From Octopus vulgaris (taxonomy: Eukaryota), in contig OX597814.1 in NCBI GenBank assembly GCA_951406725.2, positions 44,454,001 through 44,518,000 on the forward strand: a stretch of 64,000 nt of DNA, written 5' to 3'. The stretch's first letter is position 1, and each line of letters opens with the position of its first letter. Made by a program: the position numbers and the translations under genes. Under the pieces are notes generated by a model, which searched no databases, had not been told where the DNA came from, and saw only the letters and a program-made list of their open reading frames with translations. Positions 51,145 to 64,000 of the stretch are shown here, one piece after another.

Positions 51145-52320
51145 TGTATGCAATGTATGTATGTATGTATGTATGTATGCATGCATGCATACATGTATGT
51201 ATGTATGTATGTATGTATGTATGTATGTATGTATGTATGTATGTATGTATGTATGTGTGTGTGTATGTATGAGTGGATGTGCGCCGTTACAGTGAATATT
51301 TCTGCGCTGACGCGAAGCCAAATATATGAGAGCCATATAATGCTGAGTCTTTTCCTATATGATAAATAATTGAGCTCTACCGGCGATATTGAGTACCTAA
51401 TTCTTATATTTATATGTGTGTACGCCCATGTCTGTGTTTGCGTGTTCGTGTATGTATAAACACACTAATTGTGCATCTAAGTTGTCTACGTGTATGAATG
51501 CATGTATACATGTATTTATGTATGACCGTATGTATGTGTGCTTTCTTCCGCTTTTAATTATTTAATTCTTCGTCTGAAGAAGGAACTGGTTTCTAACAAA
51601 GATAAACAGTTTCATCGTTGAAATGTAGATAAAAAAATGTCACATTTTAAACTTGAGGAAAATCTTGTATAGTTTGACTTTTTCACATATAGATTGTACT
51701 TGTAATGTGCGAGTTGGTTGATTTCTTTTTCCAAAAATTCAAGCTTCTCCAGCTAGTCATTTAGGCATTTACTCACAAAACGAAGTGCAACAGTTACTGG
51801 ATATTGTTCGCGTCACTTGTCAGCACTAAGTTAATATATTTTTGCTGCTGTTTTTTAACAAGTACTGTCTGAGAGAGACTATAGGACATTTGAAGTCTGA
51901 CTACACTGATCTCAAACCTCTACTTACTGTATCACTTCTGAGTTGGAGCCGGTCGATATCGCTATTCTTGTGGCAATTTCCAGTTGACGCTTTGCGGGTT
52001 TTAACGTCTAGGGAGTGGATTTTTTCTACAAATCAGTCATTACTCCAAACGTTGGAATCAGCACTGGTACAGAAAATGCATCGTCTTCTAATAAGAGGCG
52101 AGTTCTCACTGCCGTATTTTTCAGTCTGACATAATATTTTCAAACCATTATCGTTATTCACATTACCTTCGTATGTTTCCACCAATGCATAGGTAATAGT
52201 AGCATTCTTTATATGGGACAGGTGAGATGCTGGGACCATTGATGCACAGGTTTGTGTCTGAGTGACTCATTGTATGTATGTATGTATGTATGTATGTATG
52301 TATGTATGTATGTATGTATG

Positions 52321-52354
<34 letters not shown>

Positions 52355-53224
52355 TGTATGTATATTTGGTTTCCTCGAGGAAAGAACCATTGGGAAATAT
52401 TGTTTTTAACACGACGCAAAGCTATTCGGCCTTTCTTTCACTGAATGGTGAATGGTGCTGCAGGATGTATGTGAAATAAACAGAACGATATTTTCCTGCA
52501 GCACGGTAGATGTACAATTTACAATTAAAATATATAGAAATGCCAAATCAAACAACAGGAGATAAATAGATTTATATTGAGAATAAAGCGTTCATTAAAT
52601 TCTCTTTGATTACGAAGACAGTTCGTTCACACAATCATAACTAAAACTTGATTTATCGAGATTCGATCAATTTGAATTAAGAATCATTATTTAATGAAAG
52701 AGAGAGTGAAACATGAATTGATAGCTGTAAATAAAACTAATAAAGCAACACACATAAACATAACAAAACAGAATAATCTTGAACAAATGAAAACAAGATT
52801 GCTATGGAAAAATTTAACAAATTTTTGAATTTAAATTTACAACAATATCGAAGGTGAATTCTTAGGCTGAAAGATAAAGAACATTGCAAAGAGAGAGATA
52901 GAAATACATAATAAAAATAATAACAAACAGTAGTCCTTTGTATTATCATATTCAGAAATGAAAGAAATATTTTCACCAATATGGATTAATACAGAAAATT
53001 CATAACATATTTCAGATTGGATTCAACAGCTGTTAAGTTTGAAAAATGCAGGTGATAATGATGAAACACACAATGACAACGACGATGGGGTTGATGGTGG
53101 TGGTCGTGGTAGTAGAGTTGCTACGGATGATGACGATTAGTAAACGATAGCGATGATGAAGATGAGGATGAGGATGTTGATGATGAACTTGATGGCGATG
53201 AGGATAAAGTGGTTGAAGAGGATG

Positions 53225-53239
53225 ATGGTGGTGGTGATG

Positions 53240-53331
<92 letters not shown>

Positions 53332-53338
53332 GGTGGTG

Positions 53339-53411
<73 letters not shown>

Positions 53412-53723
53412 TGACGGTGGTACTGCTGCTACTGATGGTATTTGTGTTGATGGTAGTGATGCTGCTACTGCTGTCGAAAGTAATGGGTGTAAAAGTGGTA
53501 AGAGAAATGATGTTGATGTTGACAATATGGAGAATAGTGACTATAATGTTGGTGCTGATGATACAGAAGGGAAGGAGAAAGGGAGTAGAAAGAGGGGTAG
53601 ACGAGGATGAGAAGAGGGAATGTTTATTTTGTCAAGGAAGAAATTTTCAATGGTAAATTTGATGATGACCTGTAGTAGTAACGGTGGTGGTGGTGGTGGT
53701 GCAGGTGGTGTTGATGTTGGTGC

Positions 53724-53769
<46 letters not shown>

Positions 53770-54065
53770 GGTGGTGGTGGTGGTGGTGGTAGCATTAGTT
53801 GTTGTTTTTGTTGTTTCAGAAGTGGTGTCTGTGGCAAGAGTAATAGTGGCAGAGATGCTATTTAGTCCCAGGAAACACTAGTTGTGTAAACCTAAGACCT
53901 GTTGTCAACCCCGGATTTAAGATATTTCCATTCTCTTGCTTCCTACAATTACACATGATCCAACGTCACTGTTTTTTAAAGATGGTGTCGTCTGATTTGT
54001 CGGGTATTTGGTTGCATTCTCTGGACTATGGTACAGCCACATAGTTGCCACCGCCTTTCGCTCCT

Positions 54066-54161
<96 letters not shown>

Positions 54162-54199
54162 ATAGTAGTAGAGTAGTAGTAGTAGTAGTAGTAGTAGTT

Positions 54200-54243
<44 letters not shown>

Positions 54244-54350
54244 GGTGGTGGTGGTGGTGGTGGTGGTGGTGGTGGTGGTGGTGGTGGTGGTGGTGGTGGT
54301 GGTGGTGGTGGTGTTGGTGGTAGTAGTAGTAGTGGTAGTAGTAGTAGTAG
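53225..54350 (+). repeat. Cluster of compound (AGT)n/(GGT)n/(GTT)n/(AGC)n trinucleotide arrays
   Basis: Direct reading at 53225-53410, 53680-53790 and 54065-54350. Confidence 0.93.
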
Positions 54351-55083
54351 GATGAGGAGGATGAGGAGGATGGGGAGGATGGGGAGGAGAAGAAGGAGGA
54401 GTGGTTTAAATTATTAGGGCTTGGTAGAAACTGAAACAATAATAGGTGAATTAATATATAAAAGGAGAAAAAAAAAAATCACTGCATACTCTTCTCCGCG
54501 CAAAAGAAAAATCTGAAAAGAAATAAAACAGAACCTAATTTTAAATGAAAACAATAAACCAAAACTGTAGGGAACTAGAAAACAACGAATGAAATATAGA
54601 GAATGTGTAATTTGAAGGATAGCGAGAAACGCAATGATTTGTGAAGAATCTTTTAGAATTCGATAATAGTTTAGCTGCGAATACATACATACATGACTAG
54701 CAAAATATGATGGACATACGTATTTATCAAGAGGCTGAGTCAATCATCTTAATCGAAGCACAATGTGGTTTGGCAAAAGATAGAATGATCTAGAAGCTGG
54801 GAAGTTGTAGAGATATTAAATGAAAAATCACGAGTGTTGAAAACAAAATAAGAAAAAAAAAAAAAAGAGATCGATAAATATAAATGCGTGTGTGTAGATA
54901 GGTATATACGAGCATGTGTGTAGGTGAGTGATAAGTGCATTTTTTCCTGCTCGAATTTCTTTGCTCTGTACACAAACAAACACGCACGTGCATGCGTGTG
55001 CCCACATACATACAGGCGCACGCATACGTTTACACGCCAAGAGATAGATAGAAACATAAATATATACACACACACACATACAG

Positions 55084-55228
<145 letters not shown>

Positions 55229-55351
55229 CAGATAGATAGATTGCTAGATGGATGGATGGATAGAGATATAGAGAGATACAGGCACCAATACACACACACC
55301 TATATGTTCATAGATACATGCGTTTATGCACATATGCAGACATGTATTTGC

Positions 55352-55387
<36 letters not shown>

Positions 55388-55970
55388 GTGTGTGTGAGTG
55401 CACATGTGTGTGTGTGCGCGCCTGTATGCGTCGGGCGTGCGTGTATGTGTGTATGTGTACGCGCGCATGCACTCACGCCCGTGCCTAGTTGGAAGTGATG
55501 CTTTTGTTTCCTGAAATGGGAACGATGTTCATTTAAAAGAACTCTATTATATAGTTTCTACATAAGGTTGAAAATATAATAGAATTTCTCTTCAAATTTC
55601 TCAATTTAGAAATGGACATATGTCTAAATACGTAATTACAATCCGTACAGATATGTGTGCGCATGTATGTGTGTGTGTGTGTGTGTGTTTGAGTGTGTAT
55701 ACTCTCATATATAGTATAATTCTATACTGCCTTCCTATGCGTATACACACACACTCACACGCATGTCTATTGTTTTTCATTATGTGTTGTTTAATATTTC
55801 TACCGTTACTCTCACTAAACTTTCCATCTCATTTTTCTCACATCGGTATCTTTAGTATATTTTCTAATCTTATTCTTGGCTATTTCTAACGCCTACCTCC
55901 ATCACATCCCTACATACGCACACATTCATACACACAGAGGCACACAGACTTATATGTATAAAGATATTCA

Positions 55971-56013
<43 letters not shown>

Positions 56014-56862
56014 ATATCATACGCGTTGCTTTCTTCACTTTTGTGCGCACCTGCGAGCTTGCCTCGTTTTCGCTCCTCGTTCATTTCGTCTTTTTCTTCT
56101 ATTTTTCTCATATACTGTATAACACTCTCCTCCTCTACTTCATTCATTCTTTCCCTCATTTTCTAATATTTATTTTCTTCTCTTTATATGTTTCGTTTCT
56201 CTTACATTAAATGGCTATTCTTTTCTTCTCAGTCTTTTCAATACAAAATTCACTCTATTTTGGTTAAATTTATGTTTTTGTTATATATATATATAGAAAA
56301 AAAAAGCGAAACATTTTAAGAATAATTTTTCACACATTGGTTTCTTTGTGTTGATTACAAACAGGAATTTATATTTCAGGATAGTAGAAATGGTATTGTA
56401 CGTTTCTATGAACCTGTTCAAGTGGAATGAGAAGTCTAGTGAAGGGAAATGTCTTTGTCACAGAAAAGGATCTCCCGCTGCGTTCTTTGTCAGCCTCGCT
56501 GGGATCTTTCATTTCACTTCTGCAACAATCACTGAAACAATTATCACATATTGTTTCACAATGAGGTGTTCCTCACTTATTTTCTCATTCATCAAATACT
56601 AGCATCGGTAAGTGAGTGTAGTATAGGAGATGTATGATATGAGTATTATAGATGTTTTAGTTTCCACAACCCTACTTCCTGTTCTGAGTGTTATCTGAGA
56701 CATATACGTACATAGGGAGGTGTATCTGCGTTTGCATTTATATATATATATATATATATAATGCGTGTATATATATATATGTTTGTATGTGTATGTATAT
56801 ATATATATATGTTTGTGTGTGTATGTATATATGTACATATATGCGTGTATATATATATTTAT

Positions 56863-56915
<53 letters not shown>

Positions 56916-57929
56916 CATGTATGTATGAATGAATGAACAAGTGTGTAGAAGGTAAATATGCTCGTAAAGATTTCCAGTGCGGTATTCAGTTGTATTCAGT
57001 CGTATTCTATTCGTTCAGAGGTTGAATCCAGACAAGTTTCACTTTGTATTTCATCCTTCTGGGTTTAATAAAATAATTACCAGGTAAAATAGTGCGATGA
57101 TATAATAGACTCTCCCTCACCCTCACCTCAAACGTTTGGTCTGGTATTTATGTTAGAAATCGAAAATTAGCACGTGGAAGAGAAGATAATGGCCATGGGC
57201 TTTGAAAGCTTTTCCACTTCAAAGTAAGAGAAACCATTGTAGTAATAGCATTAGAGACAGAACAAAGATATAAAATGTTGATAGGCTAGTGTACGTAGCG
57301 TAGTTTCGACTAACGTTTTACCAGTCTGTCTGATAGCCACACTACCAAATGACTCCTCTCAAGTTACAGCCTTAATAACAATTATAATTAATGTAGACAC
57401 AGTCGACAATGCTGCTTTCATTCCAACGCAATAAATATTTTATTTCCTACTTTCGAAGCTATTTAATTTTCCACACCGTTTTAAGATAAATACAAATTTT
57501 TAACTGCCAATTTATTCATGTTGTATTTTCTAATAAATTAGCTACTAACATTTCTTTGTGTCTAAAAAGCAATCGAGTAATTGCAAAATTATGTAAACGT
57601 TTCTGTCTATGAAAGAAGATAACATGAATTTTCGAATTAAAATTAGATTACGAATGGAAATAAGCATTACTCTTAAAGTGGATCTCATTTTGGTGGGTGC
57701 CACAGAGTAGGCAGAAGCTTCTAGTAAGCTTCGATATCTGATTTCACTCATTTCATATTACTACATATGAGGAAAAAAAATTAGCGTTCTAGTAACTAAT
57801 TGTTCTTCAATATAATAAACACGGAAAACGCATGCCTATGTAAGAAATATGAATCTAAGATTCAGTATTTTTGGCACCATCCATAGAATGCAATAACTCA
57901 GATTAGTTATTCCCTGGGTTACACTACTA

Positions 57930-57962
<33 letters not shown>

Positions 57963-58233
57963 ATACTAATACTACGACCACCACCACTACCACTACTGCA
58001 TCTGGCACTACTATTACTGCTGTTTCTACACTCCCTCTCCCGTACGCATACATACGCATACATTTATAGATAGAGTTTGTAATGAAATGCTTAAAACAGA
58101 GGTCAAAGCATTAACAAAGACGTTTCAAAACATTTATAAAATATTTGAATCAATCAAGAAATACTGAACATTTGGGAAAAAAATGACTCATCGAGAAATT
58201 ACGAAAGAAAGATGATGCATCAAACTGTAATAT

Positions 58234-58650
58234 TTGGAGAGGAATCATCCTATTAGCAATCACCAGTAAAATATTCACCCCCATTATATTACAGCGCATC
58301 ACAGCAGCAGTAGACTAATTACTTCGCCAAGAGCAAGCTGGTTCAGGAAAAAGAAAATCATGTATCGGCAATATTTTTGCAATTTGCCAAATATTCGAAG
58401 AATCGCATTAACGGAACTCATCCTTGTACATGCTGTTTTTTTACTTTAAAAAAGCTTTCGATAGCCTTCACCGAGATACTCTATGGAAGATTCTTAGAAA
58501 CTATGCTTTCCAACAGAAATTAGCCTGGACGATTCGTTTATTGTACGGAAACTTCGAATTCAAGTTATAAGTAACAACAAACTGATAGACCCGTTCGAAG
58601 TCAAAACCGATTTCAAACAAGGATGCGTCTCCTCACCAATAATCTCTTGT
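58234..58650 (+). pseudogene. Degraded RTE-like RT fragment (different family from 49572)
   Basis: WRGIILLAITSKIF..LLRQEQAG..FKKAFDSLHRDTLWKILRNY..FEVKTDFKQGCVSSP, with stops and frameshifts. Confidence 0.85.
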
Positions 58651-58765
58651 TTCTGTCACTAGCAAAGTTTCCTTACTTTGGGCTAGGTATCTCATTATCC
58701 TCTCCTGTTCGATACACACTCACCTCTTCCACACTTATCAGACCCCTTCCTACATTTCCCCTCTT

Positions 58766-58805
<40 letters not shown>

Positions 58806-58824
58806 TTAATAATAATTACAATAA

Positions 58825-58896
<72 letters not shown>

Positions 58897-58907
58897 CATT
58901 ATTATTT

Positions 58908-61481
58908 ATTGTCTTTGCACAGCTGGAGATACACTACGGTGCCTGCTGTTTTCTGCAAGCGACCCACACTTATTGCAGCCCCTATTTTTGTCCATCTACT
59001 TCTTAACATTTTTACTCACTATTCCCAGAGCTCCGAATTTTTTTAGTATTACTACCAACTTTTTCATCGATCGACCACAACTGCCTAACCTCCCAAGCTA
59101 ACTTATCACATCCATCGACTTCTCTTTCTTCTTTATCGCATACCTTGTTGTCAGCTGGGCATGCTACATCTATGATCCAGCTTCGTTTGCTTTCTTTCTC
59201 AATAACACTATGTTTGGTTTCCTATTCGCTATCTCATGGTCGCACTGAATCGTAAAATCCCATAGGATCTTTGCATTATCATATTCGATGAAGGCTTCGG
59301 GTTTATGTTCGTGCCAGTTTTTTTGCTCTGTCAAGTCCAAACTTGTTGCAAAGTGTCCAATAAGCCATCCTCGCTATATTGTCATGACGTCACTTATCAC
59401 TTTCTGATGTGCTGTCTATGCTGTAATTGGTTCTTAATGCTTGCTCATGTGCAGCACAGATTAGAACCTCCGTTTCTGGTTTTAAATCACTTTTAGCCAT
59501 TCATACCCATCTGTTTCTCTGCCTATCTTATCTTCAGCATCCCTATGAAATTCTCTATGCATTCTTTTCTGTATCCACCTAATTTCAGTTTCATTCATTC
59601 TCAAGTCCTTGCAGAGTGCCGTGTCTTTGCAATCTTCCATCCTACACAAGCCTGACTTTCTTACTTCCAATAATAGTGGGTCTGTAGCATTTTTTACATC
59701 CCATGCTATGCTGTTTTCTTCTGCTCTAATGCTGTGTTCGCATCCAATCACTCCTCTTCTCACTCTTTTTCAGTGTCACTATTTGATTGGAGTATCACAT
59801 AGCCACTCAGCAACTTCCTTGTCTTTCTGCCCAAGCTGTTTATTTCGTCTATTGTCCATGCAATTACCCATGCTCCATATATAAGTAGCGAACCACTCAG
59901 GTGTTGATAGTTTCAATCTTATTCCGTCCGTCTCATTTCGACTTCAGGATCAGTCTCAGGCTGTGCAAGTACACCAGATTAAAAGTTTCTATCATTTCTT
60001 TCTGTATCAATTTATCCCCAATTGCTTAAAGCCCGTCTCTTCTATCTGCTTCTTAACCTCCGCCGATGGTTATCGGTAGCCCGTCTAACATTTGATTTTG
60101 CCATGAGATGACTAAGTTAGTTTTCCTCCACGTGCAATCTCTAAGTACAGTTTTATCTACTAGGGGATGATCCCTGGTATATCTGCACATACGTTTGCCA
60201 CCCTTCTGTTCATGTGGCATGATTCCATTTTTTTCCAGATGTCCATACATTGACTCTGCAACTATTCCAAATGAATTATTTTTCCACATAAGTGTCAAGC
60301 AAGATGTCGGCCTGTAATTGTCTATCGTATTGCCTTTTTCCATGTTTTTCAAGCACAGCACTGTCCTACCCATTCTCAACCACTTTGGTGTTACGTGGTC
60401 GGCATTTAACGAGCTGTGGATTTGTGCAGTTATTCGTATCGTACCATCTCTGATTTCTTTGTAACGAGGCGCTGTTTCAATTCCTCTATTACCGGTTTCA
60501 AGCCCTTTCTTTCAATATCATACTTCCTGTTCAGTGCCCTATATTTTTGTTTGCTTTTATGCTCCCTTTTTTGTTTTCGGTCTAACACAGAAATGTCCTT
60601 CAAGAGCATATCTAAACCCGTGTGCATTTTTCCTTTCCAATATGGATCTTTTCATTTGTCACTTCCATTATATCTCTTTTTCTCGATATCAACACCCACA
60701 TTTTGTGCTACAACAAGACTTGCTCGTTGATTAAATTATTTGTTTCTGTGATGTTGTTCGTTCTGATGCATTTCCGAATTTCATTCACATTCTTCATTTC
60801 ATGTTTCAATTTACACCGATCAACCTTTTTAAAGTTGCAAATAATGTCGCTATCATTCTCTTGTGGCATTCCCTTCATTCTGTCGTAGATTGCCTTTTGC
60901 CCATCGGTCATGTCATCATTAATTTTATTGTCTTCTTCCAAACTACTTATATGTCTCCCATCGAGCAAGCTATCACTTTTCCTTTCCTGTGGTTTAATAG
61001 AGATTTCAACTCTGTTTTCGATTATGAGATTACTCTTATCGGTAGGAACAATATTTTCATCGTTTTGTCTGCTGCTGTTTTCGAATACCCGTCTTTTGAT
61101 AGCTTCAAGCTCTATTTCTGTGAACCAACGATGTTTACTAATTGTTCTAGCTTCATCACATAATCTACGGGATTGCTCAAGCAGTAACACTCCATGACAA
61201 CAACATTGATTTGTCTGTTCCATATACGCCGTGTGACGATCGTTTGCGTGATAACGGACAGGTTGGATTCGGACCAATATATCTGAGCCTGCCGAGCGCA
61301 ACACTGTCACCGTCAAGGGCTTCAGTTGTATTACCACCGTTATTCACAATATTTTGTTTTGTCATTGTCACGCCTATGAAGTAGCGATTATCAGGTTGTG
61401 CAATTACCAGTGTTTTTATTGTGACACTATCACTAGATGTATTATCAATCAGAGCATAGGGAGATTCCAACCGCTTCCTTC

Positions 61482-61482
<1 letters not shown>
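58908..61482 (-). mobile_element. R4/Dong-like RLE non-LTR retrotransposon, both ends present, internally deleted, flanked by (TAA)n
   Basis: N-terminal WNRQINVVVMECY; RT GRTVLCLK..NYRPTSCL..HEQKG; RLE KILWDFTIQCDHEIANRKPN..IIDVACP..LQKTA; (ATT)n arrays at 58826-58905 and 61483-61548. Confidence 0.88.
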
Positions 61483-61548
<66 letters not shown>

Positions 61549-62033
61549 GTCATTACTGATGTTATTATCTTCATTTTTTACCATCATTATTATCTCCATT
61601 TATTATTAAAAGTATTATTGAATGTGGTTTAATTTCAAATTTTGTCTTGTACTTAAGATGATCATAAATATGTGAGTGTTTAAGGAAATTGTAGGAGCAA
61701 GTTAGGCAGCTTTGTGAATAGATTAAATTCCACGGGTCTGAAAATAGATTCGACAGATGAAGAGATCCCTTGGCGACAGCAGAGTTCAAATATCTTTACT
61801 ATTACTAGCGATCAATGAGAAAGCTGAACTTCGCCTTGAAAAGAACCTATTCACCTTGTTCTATTTTTAATCACTGATAGGAAAAATATTTGTGTGTGGG
61901 TGGGTTTGTGTAGTTATATATTTCTATTTCTTAAATTGGTATGTTTAGCCGCCGATATCTTAGCTGTTCGAAACTTCAAAGTCAACTACATTCTTGTTTA
62001 AGAATAATTAATCTGTACTCTACAAAAGTATAC

Positions 62034-62447
62034 GGCGTGGTTGTGTGGTAAGAAGGTTTGCTTCCCAACCACATGGTTCCGCGTTCAGTCCCACTGCGTG
62101 GCACCTTGGGCGAGTGTCTTCTATTATAGGCACGGGTGAACCAAAGCTTTGTGAGTGGGATTTGTTGATAGAAACTGAAAGAAACCCATCGTATATAAAT
62201 ATGTACGTATGTATGTATGTGTGTATGGGGGTTGTTTGTGTCTGTGTTTGTTCCCCACGACCGTTTGAGAACCAGTGTTCGTGAATTTAGGCGTCTATAA
62301 CTTAGCAGTTCGGCAAAAGACAGCGATGCGATAAGTAATAGGCTTTAAGAAATAGGTCTTGATGTCAATTTGTTCGAGTAAAGCCCTCAACGCGGTGCTC
62401 CAACATGGCCGCAGTTTAATGACTAAAACAAATAAAAGATAAGATAA
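62034..62447 (+). mobile_element. SINE family A, older diverged copy
   Basis: GGCGTGGTTGTGTGGTAAG..GTTCAGTCCCACTGCGTGGCACCTTGGGCGAGTGTCTTCT..GTGAGTGGGATTTG; AAGATA-repeat tail. Confidence 0.88.
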
Positions 62448-64000
62448 CCTATCTGTTCAATACAAAATTGCGTTTATTATAACTGAACATAAAGTGAAAA
62501 ATTGAAGTGTGTGTGTGTGTGTGCGTGCGTGCGTGTGTGTGTATGTGTGTGTGTGTGTGTGTGTGCGTGAGCGCACATGTGTACCGATGGAAAAGAAAAT
62601 GAATGTCTTACTGTGTTCATTATTCAAGGCTAAGACTTATATTCCGTCACACCTTACAGTTTCTTGTTATTGTATTTTCGTTGGATGATGACAAACGCGT
62701 CAGTGCCAGGAACGTCAATGCAACGGAAAATTTAAAATAGAAGTGAAGTTAGAATAAATATAGAAATACTTACACTTTTATAGACTGCTTTTTCTAACAT
62801 TTGTAGACACAAATACTCTTACACATATTCATATATGAGGAATTACATCACAAACACCTGCACAATGCTTGTCGGAAACATTTGTAATTATCACATATAT
62901 GTTTAAATTTCAACAAATTTATGTCTCATAAATCTCTTTGGTGGTTTATTATATAGCCTTTTGATAATGTAAGCACGAAACTTACTCATACCACTGAGAA
63001 ACACAAATTAAATTTGTAGTCCAATCTAGCACTTTCAGTTTGATTTTAATTATGACTTTTATTTAATAAATTCCACTAATATTACTTAATGCATTCAACC
63101 ATATTTGTTGTAGTTTATGTAGCAATATATAAAATGTAAGCCATTAAGAAGATAACAACTCCGCAGTTTTATTACTACCGAATTAATTCAAGCGTGTTGC
63201 TTTCCCACTGTGCCTAATTCCTGTGGCCAACAGCGGAGCCTAACGTTAATCACTAGATGAATCACATCTGCAACAAAGGCTAAATCATTCGAAACGAGGT
63301 GGTTATGACTTGCTAGAAATAGCAGCTAAATCATCACTGATCACACGTTGTTGTCATAAAAAATGAGGGCACATCACATAATATACTCGGAAATACATAA
63401 AATAAATATAACGATATGGAATGATCAGAGTTGAGTTATTTACGAATATAAACGTACTATTGAAGGCTAAAATGAGGCTAAACACCAACGCTAACATAAA
63501 GAACAACAACAACAATAAACTTGTATCTCGGAACAACTTTCACTGGCTTGGCTAATTTTCTTCCTTAAGTGTTGATCACCGATTACTAACTAAGACTGAT
63601 CACGAAAAATCAATTTAGTATCAAAGTATTTTATAATTTTATAGTGTATAAATTACTTTTATGAAAATTTATAGTCCTGAATTGAGTATAGATAATTTTC
63701 ATGTAAGATTTTATGGACCTGAAGGAATTTCCATACTTGGCTTTTATTTATTTTAATTATTCCTGTCCAACTTTCTACGTATATTGCACTAGTATTATCT
63801 TAATTCAGATGCCATTTATGAATTCCAATTATTAATGTTTTCTATATCTTCCTTAGCATTATATAGAAGTTACAAGAAAACACCAATGTATCACATAGTT
63901 ACATATGTATATATGTGTGTGTGTGAGTGTGTGGGTATTATATATATATATATATAAAGTTAATACAAACATGAAAACACAAAGAGAAAACACAACAACG

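Overview
AT-rich, repeat-saturated eukaryotic DNA. It is most likely an octopod cephalopod, inferred from the SINE, Penelope and RTE repertoire and the extreme microsatellite load. I cannot support any host protein-coding gene; nearly all listed ORFs are microsatellite artefacts. The window is a transposon graveyard: two Helitrons with both termini, a HINE/DINE-1-like element, three tRNA-derived SINE families, a young 5'-truncated RTE LINE with an open RT ORF (49572-51065), older RTE relics, two R4/Dong-like elements (one flanked by (TAA)n) and many Penelope-like element (PLE) 3' ends. The main hidden signal is RNA. At least seven type I hammerhead ribozyme motifs can be read by eye in PLE-like ends. 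Two have unusually long stem II domains, each holding an AATAAA 17-26 nt upstream of the predicted cut. One has a compensatory A3-U8 swap of the conserved C3-G8 pair. Three minimal copies of one family carry a pyrimidine at position 6. One lies in a ~325-bp retrozyme-like unit. Boundaries of degraded elements are approximate and no database searches were run.
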